64,000 nucleotides of DNA, taken from a virus (lineage: Duplodnaviria > Heunggongvirae > Uroviricota > Caudoviricetes). The stretch lies in the IMG/VR virus record IMGVR_UViG_3300033494_000001. The stretch is one strand, 5' to 3'. The notes beneath the pieces were generated by a model, which had not been told where the DNA came from, did not search any database, and saw only the letters and a list, made by a program, of their open reading frames with translations. Of this stretch, positions 40,501 through 49,706 are shown piece after piece (within the stretch, counting starts at the first letter, position 1; the number at the start of each line of letters is the position of its first letter). The translations under genes were made by a program, and so were the position numbers.

Positions 40501-41040
40501 ACGGAAGGTCAACATGCTGCTATTTCGTCCATAGATGAAAATGGAGAACAAAATTTATCAATTTTAATTAGTGATAAAATTGGAACAACGGAAGATGTAA
40601 TTCATGAGTTTTTACATGTATTTTTAATCCCATTACGCTATAAACATCCTGAAATTTATAATGATTTTATTAAATCAGTTTTACAAGATTCAACACTAAA
40701 TCTTACTGATATAGATAGTATCAATGTTACTGAAGCTGAAGAAATATTTGTTAAATTTGTATCTGCAAAAATTGCTAATAAAGAAGATTTTATTAAAAAC
40801 TTTGAGAATCTTCAAACTTTTGTAAATGGATTAAAAAGTATTATAACTGATGTAAATCCATTATATGAAATAGATAATACTGAAAATCCAGTAGAATTAT
40901 TAAATACTCCTTTAATGGATTTATTTGATATACCAAAAGGAGATTCTAGTCATGCTTTATATAACTTGAGTCTAATTGTAACAGAACCAGCTATGAGAAC
41001 TTGATTAAATGAAAATAACATAACTTTAAATTGTTCATAA
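37588..41040 (+). CDS. Large virion protein with C-terminal zincin-like (HExxH) domain, 1150 aa, TGA=Trp
   Basis: One frame through 7 TGA to TAA 41038-41040. VIHEFLH at 40597-40617 with a downstream EAEEIF helix. Confidence 0.7.
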
Positions 41041-41041
41041 A

Positions 41042-44000
41042 ATGACAAATTGCTATTATTACAAAGATGGAGAAAAGATAAACGACATACAAACTTTAAT
41101 TACTAAATTTTTTGAAGCCAACTATCAATTAAAAAATGATAAAATTTATAGTAAAGAAGAGATTCAAAAAAGTACAATTAATAAGATTTTAAATGTAGTT
41201 AAAGTTTCAGATTATACTGCCTCTGACAATGAAATCGTAACAGAGTTTATTACAACTCCACATCCAGGTTTATATAATTCTTTAGGAATTGAAACAAAAG
41301 AAAAAGGAATTTTAGCTCCAGAAATTATTGAAAAAAATAGAGTTTACTATTTTATAAAAGAAAACTTAGACCGAGTTCAAAATATTTCTCCAACAGAAAA
41401 CATATCCGGATTAAAATATGATGAAAAATTACTAGAATACATTTCAACTTTTGATGAATTAAAAAATATTCCTTTAAGTAGATTAATAACTCTTTTAAAT
41501 GAATATTATAATATTCGAGAAATCGAAGAAAAGACAAAGGATTTTGGTACATTTTTACATAATATTATTTCTTTAAAAATACAAGATAAAGAATATAGTA
41601 AACTTATTGATCGATTTTTATCTGATCCAGCAAACTCAGAATTACTTGGTAACTATTCTACAAATGATTGAACTAAAAAGATTAATGAAATAGTAACAAA
41701 TGTTATTTCTCAGGTTCAAGGACAAGGGTATCTTATTAGTGAAATTATGATAATGACTGATGGAGATAAATTTAAAACACCAATTGATATTTGAGGTGAG
41801 GATTCAAAGATTTCAAGTGGAAAAAGAGGATTAAAAGGAAAACTTGACTTAGTAGCTGTTGATACATCAGGAAATGCACATATATTTGAAATTAAAATTT
41901 CTAAAACTAAATATCAGAAATGAGATACAGCTAAAAAGTTAACTTTAGATTGACAATTAGCTTTATATAGACAATTATTAGGATTACATATTAATATAGA
42001 TCAAACTCGATTATATGTAATTCCTATACATTTAGAAACTCTTGGAAATCCAGGTAGTATAAGTGTTGAAAAGATTGTAGATAGAGGAACTGAAAATAAT
42101 AGTGGTTTAAATTCAACTGGAGCAATAACTCAAAAAGCAAATAAACTCATTCCTAGAAAAGTAATTGCAGATTATAATCCAGATAGAGAATATAAATTAA
42201 AAGGGCAATTATCTGATTTACTTGGAAATCAATATAAAATAGAAACAGGACTTGAAGATTTTGATGTAGAAAAAATTGTAGAAAATGCAAGAAAACGTTA
42301 TGAAAAAGACAAGAAATGGATTAAATGAAATAACTTTGAGGGAATTTCAGGATTAAAAAAAGGTTATATTGAATCGGATACAGAAGAAGAGTTTAGAAAA
42401 AAAATTAAATTATATGTTGACCATGTAAAAACTCAAACTAATCGAAATGTCTCTATTTTAAAGGATGCTATTATATCAGCTATTAAAAGTAAAATTCCAG
42501 TTAAAACAAATTCATATGATTTACAAAAGGATTTAACTATCAATCATTTATTAACCGAATATTTAAATGATGATTGAGATGTAGTAACTGAAATTCCTGA
42601 AGCAATTGCTTTTGGTTTAGTTGTTTTAAAAAATAAATTAAATGGAAACATTAATGTTATTAGTTTATCTATAAATCAATTTGATGCATCAAGTCATATT
42701 GATGGAAAAACATATGGAGATTTAGAATTTTTAAAAACTTTTTTATTTTTAAATGAATTTAAAGATATATTAATTCCTACATCAGATGTTTCTGTTAAAA
42801 ATGATAAAATAGCACAAATTATAATTTATAATCCATTAAATATGCAAACTTATCCTAAAAATTGTTTTAGTAAGTTTGTTGAATTTAAAGAACAAATGTC
42901 TTTAAAAGAATCATTAAGAAAAGAATTAAAATTAAGTGAAAAAAATGTAGCTTCAATTGAGGATATTGCTTTATATAACTTAACTACTAATTTAAGAAAT
43001 TTTAATGGAACAAATAAAGAAGATGTTGAAAGAGTTTTTAAAAATATTAGTGATACAAATTTAGATTTATTAGATGTAGAAGCTTTAATTGAAGTTCAAA
43101 GAGAGTTGTTTAATTCCCCTGGATTTGTTGGATATCGAGATAAAACAATGAAAGGAGTAGTTGATTTCAATGATCCAAAAGAAGTACTAATTGCACTTTT
43201 ACAAGTAGTTATTGCTTCAAAAGGTCAAATGGAATTTGCTGATGATTATCAACGAATGTCTAAATATAGTTTAGGTTTTTCTGATTTCAAAAGTTTAATT
43301 GCCGTATTATTTAGTGATCATCAGGAAAAATATAATAAAGAACGTCAACGTATTCAAGGAATTACTCAGGGATTGTTATGAACTACTCCAGATTGAGTAG
43401 CATCAAAAGATTTACATAGTATTAATAAAATTATGGCTATGACAAATCAACATATTGGAGAAAAAATGTTGAAGGCATCAGAACAAATTGCTTGAAATAC
43501 TAAAAAATTCTATAAAGAAATTAATTTCAGTGGATTTTCTCGTAATATTATTGGTGAAACTCAAACAAAGCATGAAAATTTATGATTACATGATATAAAT
43601 CAAAAAGTATCTAAAGAATTTAGAACTAAAAATCCTTATGTGTTAGATAATCTTAATGCATTAGAGGATCATGAGCGAGAATACCTACAAAATTTATTGT
43701 TAATTATAAATGCACATAAATTACAAATTCCAGATTCAGAAATTGCAAAGTTAGATAGTAAAAATATAAAATCATTAATGACTAATAATAAAATAAAAGA
43801 TGCTTTAGAAAGTGAAGAATATTTTAGAATGCCATTAATTAGAAGAGAAGAAGTTACTAGATTTGGTGATATCTTTACTACTCCAGGAAAACTTTGAAAA
43901 GAAAAATTATCATCATATTTTCATGAATTTAATGATTATATTGATAATCGTGAATTAACTAAAGATGATTTGGCAGCTTTGGAGGCTCAAAATTTAGGAT

Positions 44001-45706
44001 TTTATGAAATGTATGATGTATATGCTAGACAAACTCCTGAGTATGTAGCTAAAGGTATTGAAAAACATTCAATAAATTATTTTGAATGAAATTTAGATAC
44101 TATTGCACATCGAATTGCTTTTAGTAAAATTAGAAAAAATGAATATGATAAAAAACTTCCAATCATTAATTCTTTTATATGATGGATGAAATTATCAGCC
44201 GGTAAAAATAATGAAGATATCTCCAATCAATTAGAGTATATTACTAATCAAATGAAATTATCTATTTTTGATGAACCAGTTATTGATGAAGAGTTTAAAG
44301 ATTTTGCTAAAGTAGCCGGTTTAGTTAAAGCAATTTCAACTCCTGCTATGTTAGGTTTCAAAATAACATCTTTAGTAAAAGAAATGACTATTGGAGTATT
44401 TAAAGGAATATCTTTAGCTGCTACTCAAATTTATGGAAAAGATCAATTTACAATTGGCGATTTAACTAAAGCTTATCACAAGTTAATGACTATTGATAAT
44501 AAGTTTTCATCTGAATTTAATTTAATTGATGATTTAAATAGATATTATAGATTTGCCAATATGGACGTTAATACTATTGCAAAAAAATCTCAATCTGATA
44601 GACGAGGTATGCTTAGAGGAACAGGTCGATATTTATATATGTGTAATACAATTCCTGATTATTATAATAGATTATCGATTTTTCTTGCTAAAATGATTCA
44701 TGATGGAAGTTATGAAGCTCATTCATTAGTTGATGGAGTATTTACTTATGATCCAACAAAAGATAAACGTTTTGAATATTATTTTAAAAATCGAGACAAA
44801 TATCAAAAAGGAAATGAATTTATCGCATCAACTAATGATGTTAAATATAATCAACAACGTCAAAGATATTTGTTATTACAAAATATGCTAAATAAAGAAT
44901 ATGGTAAAGATACTTTTTCAGAAAAAGATATAATTAATAAAGCATATTCAGAAACGGAGAGAACAAGTATGAAATCCTTTACTGATATGGCATATGGTTA
45001 TTATGATAAAGATGCTCAATCTCAAGCTAATAATACGTGATGAGGAATGACCTGATTACAATTTATGCAATTTTGGCCTGGAAAAATGAAAATGTGATTT
45101 GCTAAACCTATTGATGAACAACATAGAGATGAAAGTCCTATGGGTAAAGTTGTACAAGACTATTTAATTGTTGATGGTAAAAAAGTATTACAATACTTTA
45201 AAACAGTTGAACATGATGATGGAACAATTACAACTGAAACTACTGATCAAGATACAGGAGATCCAGTAATGAAATGAGAAGGTTCTCCATATGAAGGACT
45301 TTGGTATTCTGTAGTAGGAACATTACGTGATGTTGTAAAATTGGATTTTACTCATATTAAAAATAGTGAAGAAAGAAATAGACGTGCTTTATTTGCTTTA
45401 GCTGATGCTGGATTAATTTTTATAATGCTTGGTATTATGAAAGCTATAATAGATCAATTAATTGCAGAAAAAGGTACTGACGGTTTATCAGGTTCATTAT
45501 TAAATTTAACAGGAAGAGTTAATAATAAAGTTTTAAATGAATATAATGTATGACAAAGTACGTTAGGAGCTGTTAATACAGAACCTGTCTTCTTATCTTG
45601 AAGTAAAAAAATGTCAACAGATATATGAGATTCTATCTCTGGAGATAGAGAAATTATGGATGTTATGACAAGAAATATTGGTGCTGCTGAAGTGTTTAAG
45701 AAGTAA
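41042..45706 (+). CDS. Large virion protein with N-proximal PD-(D/E)XK nuclease domain, 1554 aa, TGA=Trp
   Basis: One frame through about 21 TGA (including tandem TGATGA 45038-45043) to TAA 45704-45706. Motifs GTFLH, GKLDLVAVD, IFEIK, WQLALYRQLL at about 41546-41980. Confidence 0.75.
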
Positions 45707-45708
45707 TC

Positions 45709-45761
45709 AAAAAAAAAATACCCCTCTACCGCAATTAAGCAGTAGAGGGGTATCTTATTTT
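45709..45761. terminator. Bidirectional intrinsic terminator between convergent blocks
   Basis: TACCCCTCTAC...GTAGAGGGGTA stem, preceded by an A10 run (T run on -) and followed by TCTTATTTT on +. Confidence 0.85.
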
Positions 45762-45768
45762 ATAAACA

Positions 45769-46479
45769 TTAGATTTGTTGAACTTCTTTTATTAGATTTT
45801 GTATTATTGTACCATAGTTATCTCCAGTGGCATATCCACTTTTTCCAATAATTTGAGCAGCTTGATATGGATCTGAAATTCCCACGATACTTTTAAATTT
45901 ATTACTAGTTGATAATAAATTAACATAATCTGCAAAACCTTCTTCTATTGAATTATACATTCTAAATGGTTCCATTCTATCTTCTAAACCATTTTTTCCT
46001 TTCTCTTTAGTTTTAAGGATTTGTTTAGGTCCTTTTCAGGAAGCAAATGCTTTTATACCTCCAACATTATTACCAGGAGTATGTTCACCTCATCCGGTTT
46101 CTAAAGCAATTTGAGCTAATAAATAGTCTTTAGGAATATTTAGTTTTTTAGATGCTTCTTCTGCCATTGGAGAATATATTTGAAGAAATTCTTTTTTATT
46201 TTTAGGCTTTATAGAAGTATTTTTAGACTTAACAGAAGCAGTTAATGTTTCCGGAGGATTTTCATCTAATAACTCCCTAATATTATATTTCTTTTCAGAT
46301 TTAATTTCTTGAGGAGCAGGAGTTGCAGAAGTTGCAGGAGATAAACTTATTCCTAATATACTGCTAATATCTTTATCTAAGTAATCATTATTACTATTAA
46401 AGTATTCTTGCTGAATTTCTTCTTTAGAAGGATTAGGATTTAATGTTATAGGTTTAAATGATGCGAATGTATTTTCCAT
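45769..46479 (-). CDS. FlgJ-like glucosaminidase/muramidase (peptidoglycan hydrolase), 236 aa, TGA=Trp
   Basis: Track ORFs 46090..46479 and 45769..45975 join through TGA at 46090-46092 and 46036-46038: LAQIALETG-W-GEHTPGNNVGGIKAFAS-W-KG...FRMYNSIEEGFADYVNLL...GYATGDNY, the glucosaminidase/FlgJ signature. Confidence 0.88.
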
Positions 46480-46505
46480 AGAATTATTTTTAATTATTTA
46501 ATCTA

Positions 46506-46513
46506 CAAAAGTA
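46506..46513 (-). promoter_or_regulatory. Possible Bacteroidota housekeeping-sigma -7 element (TAnnTTTG) upstream of the hydrolase
   Basis: Minus strand reads TACTTTTG 26 nt before ATG 46479. A TTTG lies 23 nt further upstream, longer than the usual spacing. Confidence 0.4.
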
Positions 46514-46545
46514 TAAATAAAATCTAAGATAAAATACAAAAATAA

Positions 46546-46597
46546 GAAAAAAAAAATAGGGGAACCCACATCAAATGATGTAAGTTCCCCTTTTCTA
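46546..46597 (-). terminator. Intrinsic terminator ending the early block
   Basis: GGGGAAC..ACATC/AAAT/GATGT..GTTCCCC hairpin (46559-46590), followed on - by TATTTTTTTTTTCTT. Confidence 0.75.
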
Positions 46598-46888
46598 TTA
46601 GTCTTCAATTTTCTTTTCAGGAAAATCTTCATAAACATATGTTTTAAGAATATTTCCATTTTTATCAAATGCAGACATAACATTTAATTTTAAATCAGTA
46701 GCAGCTTCTATAACTGCATATCTAAGATTAAACATACCCATCTGAATCAATTGACTTATTCCTTGTAATTCTTCACCTGTAATATGTCGATTTAACTTAC
46801 TAAAAGTATATTGAGAAATAAATTCATTTAAATCTTGTGATGTTACTGTATTCGAAGCTAATAAACGTTGTATTAATTCTTTATTCAT
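46598..46888 (-). CDS. Hypothetical protein, 96 aa
   Basis: Intact ORF in the co-directional block, ends TAA TAG. Confidence 0.65.
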   Translation of the reverse strand: MNKELIQRLLASNTVTSQDLNEFISQYTFSKLNRHITGEELQGISQLIQMGMFNLRYAVIEAATDLKLNVMSAFDKNGNILKTYVYEDFPEKKIED

Positions 46889-46908
46889 CTATTTTGAGAT
46901 TAAAATTA

Positions 46909-47334
46909 TTATTCATTATTTAGAATGTATTTTTGATACATGTTCAAAATAGCGGCTTTTCCAACCGGTTTGACACGCTTGGAATCTCGCTCGATACATT
47001 CTTCGACTGGAACATCAAAGTTTATTACATCAATTATTATTCCCCTTGCGGAGGCAATTTGGCTCCAAAAAGTATAGTGTTTTTTCGCAAAATTCGTATC
47101 ATCAATAACAATTGATTTTCCAGTGTCAAGGATAGTAATTCCCATTTTGCGTTGAATATCTAATACTGCATCTTCAAATTTGTTATTAAATACTGGACTT
47201 CCTAATAAATCCCTAATATCGTCTTTATTAATCCTAATATAAGTTGGATTTCTAAAACAAAATTCTTTTGCCCAAGTTGATTTACCACTAGCGGGCAAAC
47301 CTTTCAATAATATAATTTTTTGCTTATTATTCAT
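46909..47334 (-). CDS. Polynucleotide kinase (T4 PNK kinase-domain/AAA_33 type), 141 aa
   Basis: ILLKGLPASGKSTWA P-loop, RINKDDIR, IVIDDTN, ECIERDSKR. Start taken at MNNKQK (47334), overlapping the upstream gene's end. Confidence 0.8.
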   Translation of the reverse strand: MNNKQKIILLKGLPASGKSTWAKEFCFRNPTYIRINKDDIRDLLGSPVFNNKFEDAVLDIQRKMGITILDTGKSIVIDDTNFAKKHYTFWSQIASARGIIIDVINFDVPVEECIERDSKRVKPVGKAAILNMYQKYILNNE

Positions 47335-47515
47335 TTTTGTATAATCGTTTTTCTTCACAAGAATCACAAAGTTCTCCTGGAATTTTCTTCTCTCCTTTAG
47401 CAGCCAACCACTCATCCTCAGTAAAAACATTTGAATATTTAATAATTGTACTACAATGTGAGCACAACATTACTGGATTTCCTCCATTAAATTTAAATTT
47501 CGCTTTGCACTTCAT
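47327..47515 (-). CDS. Small Zn-finger-like hypothetical protein, 62 aa
   Basis: CSHC and CDSC pairs, TAATG-coupled. Confidence 0.6.
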   Translation of the reverse strand: MKCKAKFKFNGGNPVMLCSHCSTIIKYSNVFTEDEWLAAKGEKKIPGELCDSCEEKRLYKNE

Positions 47516-47805
47516 TATAAAGTAAGTTTTAGATTTAGAATAGATTCAAAGACATTCATGCCTCCTTCAAACGGATTTCCTGATTCCCATTCTTCATAAA
47601 TATAAGTTTCATCTTCTTCAGTTGATTCAAGTTGTTTAGCTAATTCTTCACATTTTTCTAAAATGTATTGATTATTTATAATTCGATTTTCAGGAATAAA
47701 ATAAGCACTAGGCATCCAAACATTTAATATAGCTTCATCGTTAAACCATGATTCTTCCATTAAGTCTTGAACTTCTGGCCATTCAACTAATATGTAACTA
47801 TTCAT
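47515..47805 (-). CDS. Hypothetical protein, 96 aa
   Basis: Intact ORF overlapping neighbours. Confidence 0.6.
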   Translation of the reverse strand: MNSYILVEWPEVQDLMEESWFNDEAILNVWMPSAYFIPENRIINNQYILEKCEELAKQLESTEEDETYIYEEWESGNPFEGGMNVFESILNLKLTL

Positions 47806-48103
47806 TGCTATTCTTTTTGTTCATGTGATAATTATAAAACATTGCATTACATTGAATATGACCCATATGAGAAACTCCTGATTCACTATCATAGATTTCT
47901 CCATCAAATAATGCAGCTAAATGTCTTTGCATTGATTCTAGAATTTCCATTGTATCCATTGGTTTTTGCCAATTAAATGGAGCATATTTTAGACAGCCAT
48001 ATTCAAGAACTCGAATCATTGGAACTAGACTTTCATAATGAACTAAAGACCATTTAGGTTTTCCTTCATTATATCTATCAGCTTTTAATCCTGATTCTAA
48101 CAT
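47798..48103 (-). CDS. dATP/dGTP diphosphohydrolase-like (DUF5664-type) protein
   Basis: KADRYNEGKPKWSL...VLEYGCLKY..FNWQK...SMQRHL...DSESGVSHMGHIQCNAMF matches the family pattern. Confidence 0.7.
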   Translation of the reverse strand: MLESGLKADRYNEGKPKWSLVHYESLVPMIRVLEYGCLKYAPFNWQKPMDTMEILESMQRHLAALFDGEIYDSESGVSHMGHIQCNAMFYNYHMNKKNSNE

Positions 48104-48118
48104 AGCTTGAAATCGTTT

Positions 48119-49246
48119 TTATTCATTGATATTATTTTTTGAATTTTCAATTATATATCTATAAGGAATAAATCCTCTAAAATTATTACACCATCCATGC
48201 AAATTTCCATTATTTGGATTTTCTCCAATTATTTCATTCTCAAACATAGGTTTTTTAATAATAGGATACTTTTCATAATTAACAATACCCCATTGGTCTT
48301 CAGTTGTAGGATATTCTCCTTTAACAAATGAAAAATATTGTAATTCAGACATACATTGTGCAGCATGTTCAAATGGCGACATATGTTTATTTGTAAATAA
48401 ATCATCATGTAATTTAATATCTTTTTGATAATTAATTTCACCATCAAAAGTTAAATACGATAATCGGGCAGCACGAGCAGTAGCAATTTTAATTCTACTC
48501 CACAATTCTTTATTATACCAATCATAATCTGATGTTTTAAATCCAATTGCTTGTGCAATACTTTCTGAATTCATTTTATCACCAAAAGGAATATGCCATT
48601 CTCCTGGTTCTAGTAATTGAGGCCGAGATTCATTATGAGCATCCCACATTGCTTCCGCTAATGCTTGAATATGTATTTCTGCTCCTGATTTACTAGCTAA
48701 TAACCAATCAATATCAGATAAAGAATTTGAAAAATGAGTTTCTTTTGTAACATCAATTTTACTTTTAAATATTCTATCTCCAAATAAAGGAAATTGATAT
48801 TTCGGTGAGCGAAGGTCAAAGAAATTATAATATTCAGTTGCAGTAACTAAACAAGTATACCACATAAATGGCTCAACTAATCGGTTACAAAGTTGTTTTG
48901 TAACATGAGTATTTATGCTCATTTGTTCTGCCATAAGTACGGCATTATCACGAGCTATTAACCATTCTTGCTTCGCTTGCATAGCAAAACCTGGATCTAA
49001 GTATTTAACACCTTGCATTCCAGGATGATCTTCTTGCCATGCAATTGGAATGAAAGGATCTTCTTTAATCATTTTAATCATTCGGTCAAATGGTATAGCT
49101 CGTGAGCTTGCTGCATTTCTGCTAAACATCCTATGCGTCATAACTTCTGCATGGATCATTCTTGGATAAGTAAGAATGTACGAGGTAATTCGATTCCCTC
49201 GTACATCTATACTATCCGCAACTATTTTTGCACTAATCTTCGTCAT
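48119..49246 (-). CDS. thyX: Flavin-dependent thymidylate synthase (phage ThyX/Thy1 type)
   Basis: AKIVADS...RITSYILTYPRMIHAEVMTHRMFSRNAASSRAIP, KQLCNRLVEPF, ARAARLSY, HMSPFEH. Confidence 0.8.
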   Translation of the reverse strand: MTKISAKIVADSIDVRGNRITSYILTYPRMIHAEVMTHRMFSRNAASSRAIPFDRMIKMIKEDPFIPIAWQEDHPGMQGVKYLDPGFAMQAKQEWLIARDNAVLMAEQMSINTHVTKQLCNRLVEPFMWYTCLVTATEYYNFFDLRSPKYQFPLFGDRIFKSKIDVTKETHFSNSLSDIDWLLASKSGAEIHIQALAEAMWDAHNESRPQLLEPGEWHIPFGDKMNSESIAQAIGFKTSDYDWYNKELWSRIKIATARAARLSYLTFDGEINYQKDIKLHDDLFTNKHMSPFEHAAQCMSELQYFSFVKGEYPTTEDQWGIVNYEKYPIIKKPMFENEIIGENPNNGNLHGWCNNFRGFIPYRYIIENSKNNINE

Positions 49247-49467
49247 TATATTGGATATTTTAATTCAGCAGTGTTGCCAATATATCCAGAATAAGTTTGA
49301 GGATATCCAAAACGTCTTGTTGTATCTTCCGGAACATATAAAATTTCTGATGCTAAATAAAACAATCTGCCTTGTTTATGATTTTTAATCCAGGCTTTTT
49401 GAAACTTAAGTTGATCTTTATATTCCTCGAAGCTCATGTCTTCGGGTCTTGCATTTAATATGTCCAT
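49246..49467 (-). CDS. Hypothetical protein, 73 aa
   Basis: TAATG-coupled ORF. Confidence 0.6.
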   Translation of the reverse strand: MDILNARPEDMSFEEYKDQLKFQKAWIKNHKQGRLFYLASEILYVPEDTTRRFGYPQTYSGYIGNTAELKYPI

Positions 49468-49685
49468 TATTTTACAATTGTAATGTCAAGAGGTTCATAA
49501 GTATATTCCTCATAGAAGATTTCTTCAAATACAAGGTATCTATCAAGCATATAATAAATTAGTTCATCTGGAACTTCATCTAAAGTATCAAAATTTTCTA
49601 AGTCATCACAATCTTGCATGTTATTGATATATCCTAACATATCATCATCTTCAATTTCTACTGTAAAAAGTTGTTGTAATTTCAT
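49467..49685 (-). CDS. Acidic hypothetical protein, 72 aa
   Basis: TAATG-coupled ORF. Confidence 0.55.
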   Translation of the reverse strand: MKLQQLFTVEIEDDDMLGYINNMQDCDDLENFDTLDEVPDELIYYMLDRYLVFEEIFYEEYTYEPLDITIVK

Positions 49686-49706
49686 AATATAAATTATTAA
49701 TAGTTT

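Noticed and set aside
6371-41552. Short antisense and alternate-frame track ORFs (e.g. 6371..6613, 7284..7478, 7569..7781, 14685..15173, 22899..23138, 35689..35889, 40185..40466)
   Set aside because: Shadow ORFs fully overlapping the recoded long genes, with no motifs.
1-45706. Massive pseudogenisation or sequencing errors as the cause of ORF fragmentation
   Set aside because: Every break is TGA, fragments stay in frame, no frameshifts or internal TAA/TAG, and catalytic motifs are intact.
1-46479. TGA=Gly (table 25) or selenocysteine
   Set aside because: TGA occupies family-conserved Trp positions (DUF192 FWMK, FlgJ ETGWG). Too many sites and no SECIS-like context for Sec.
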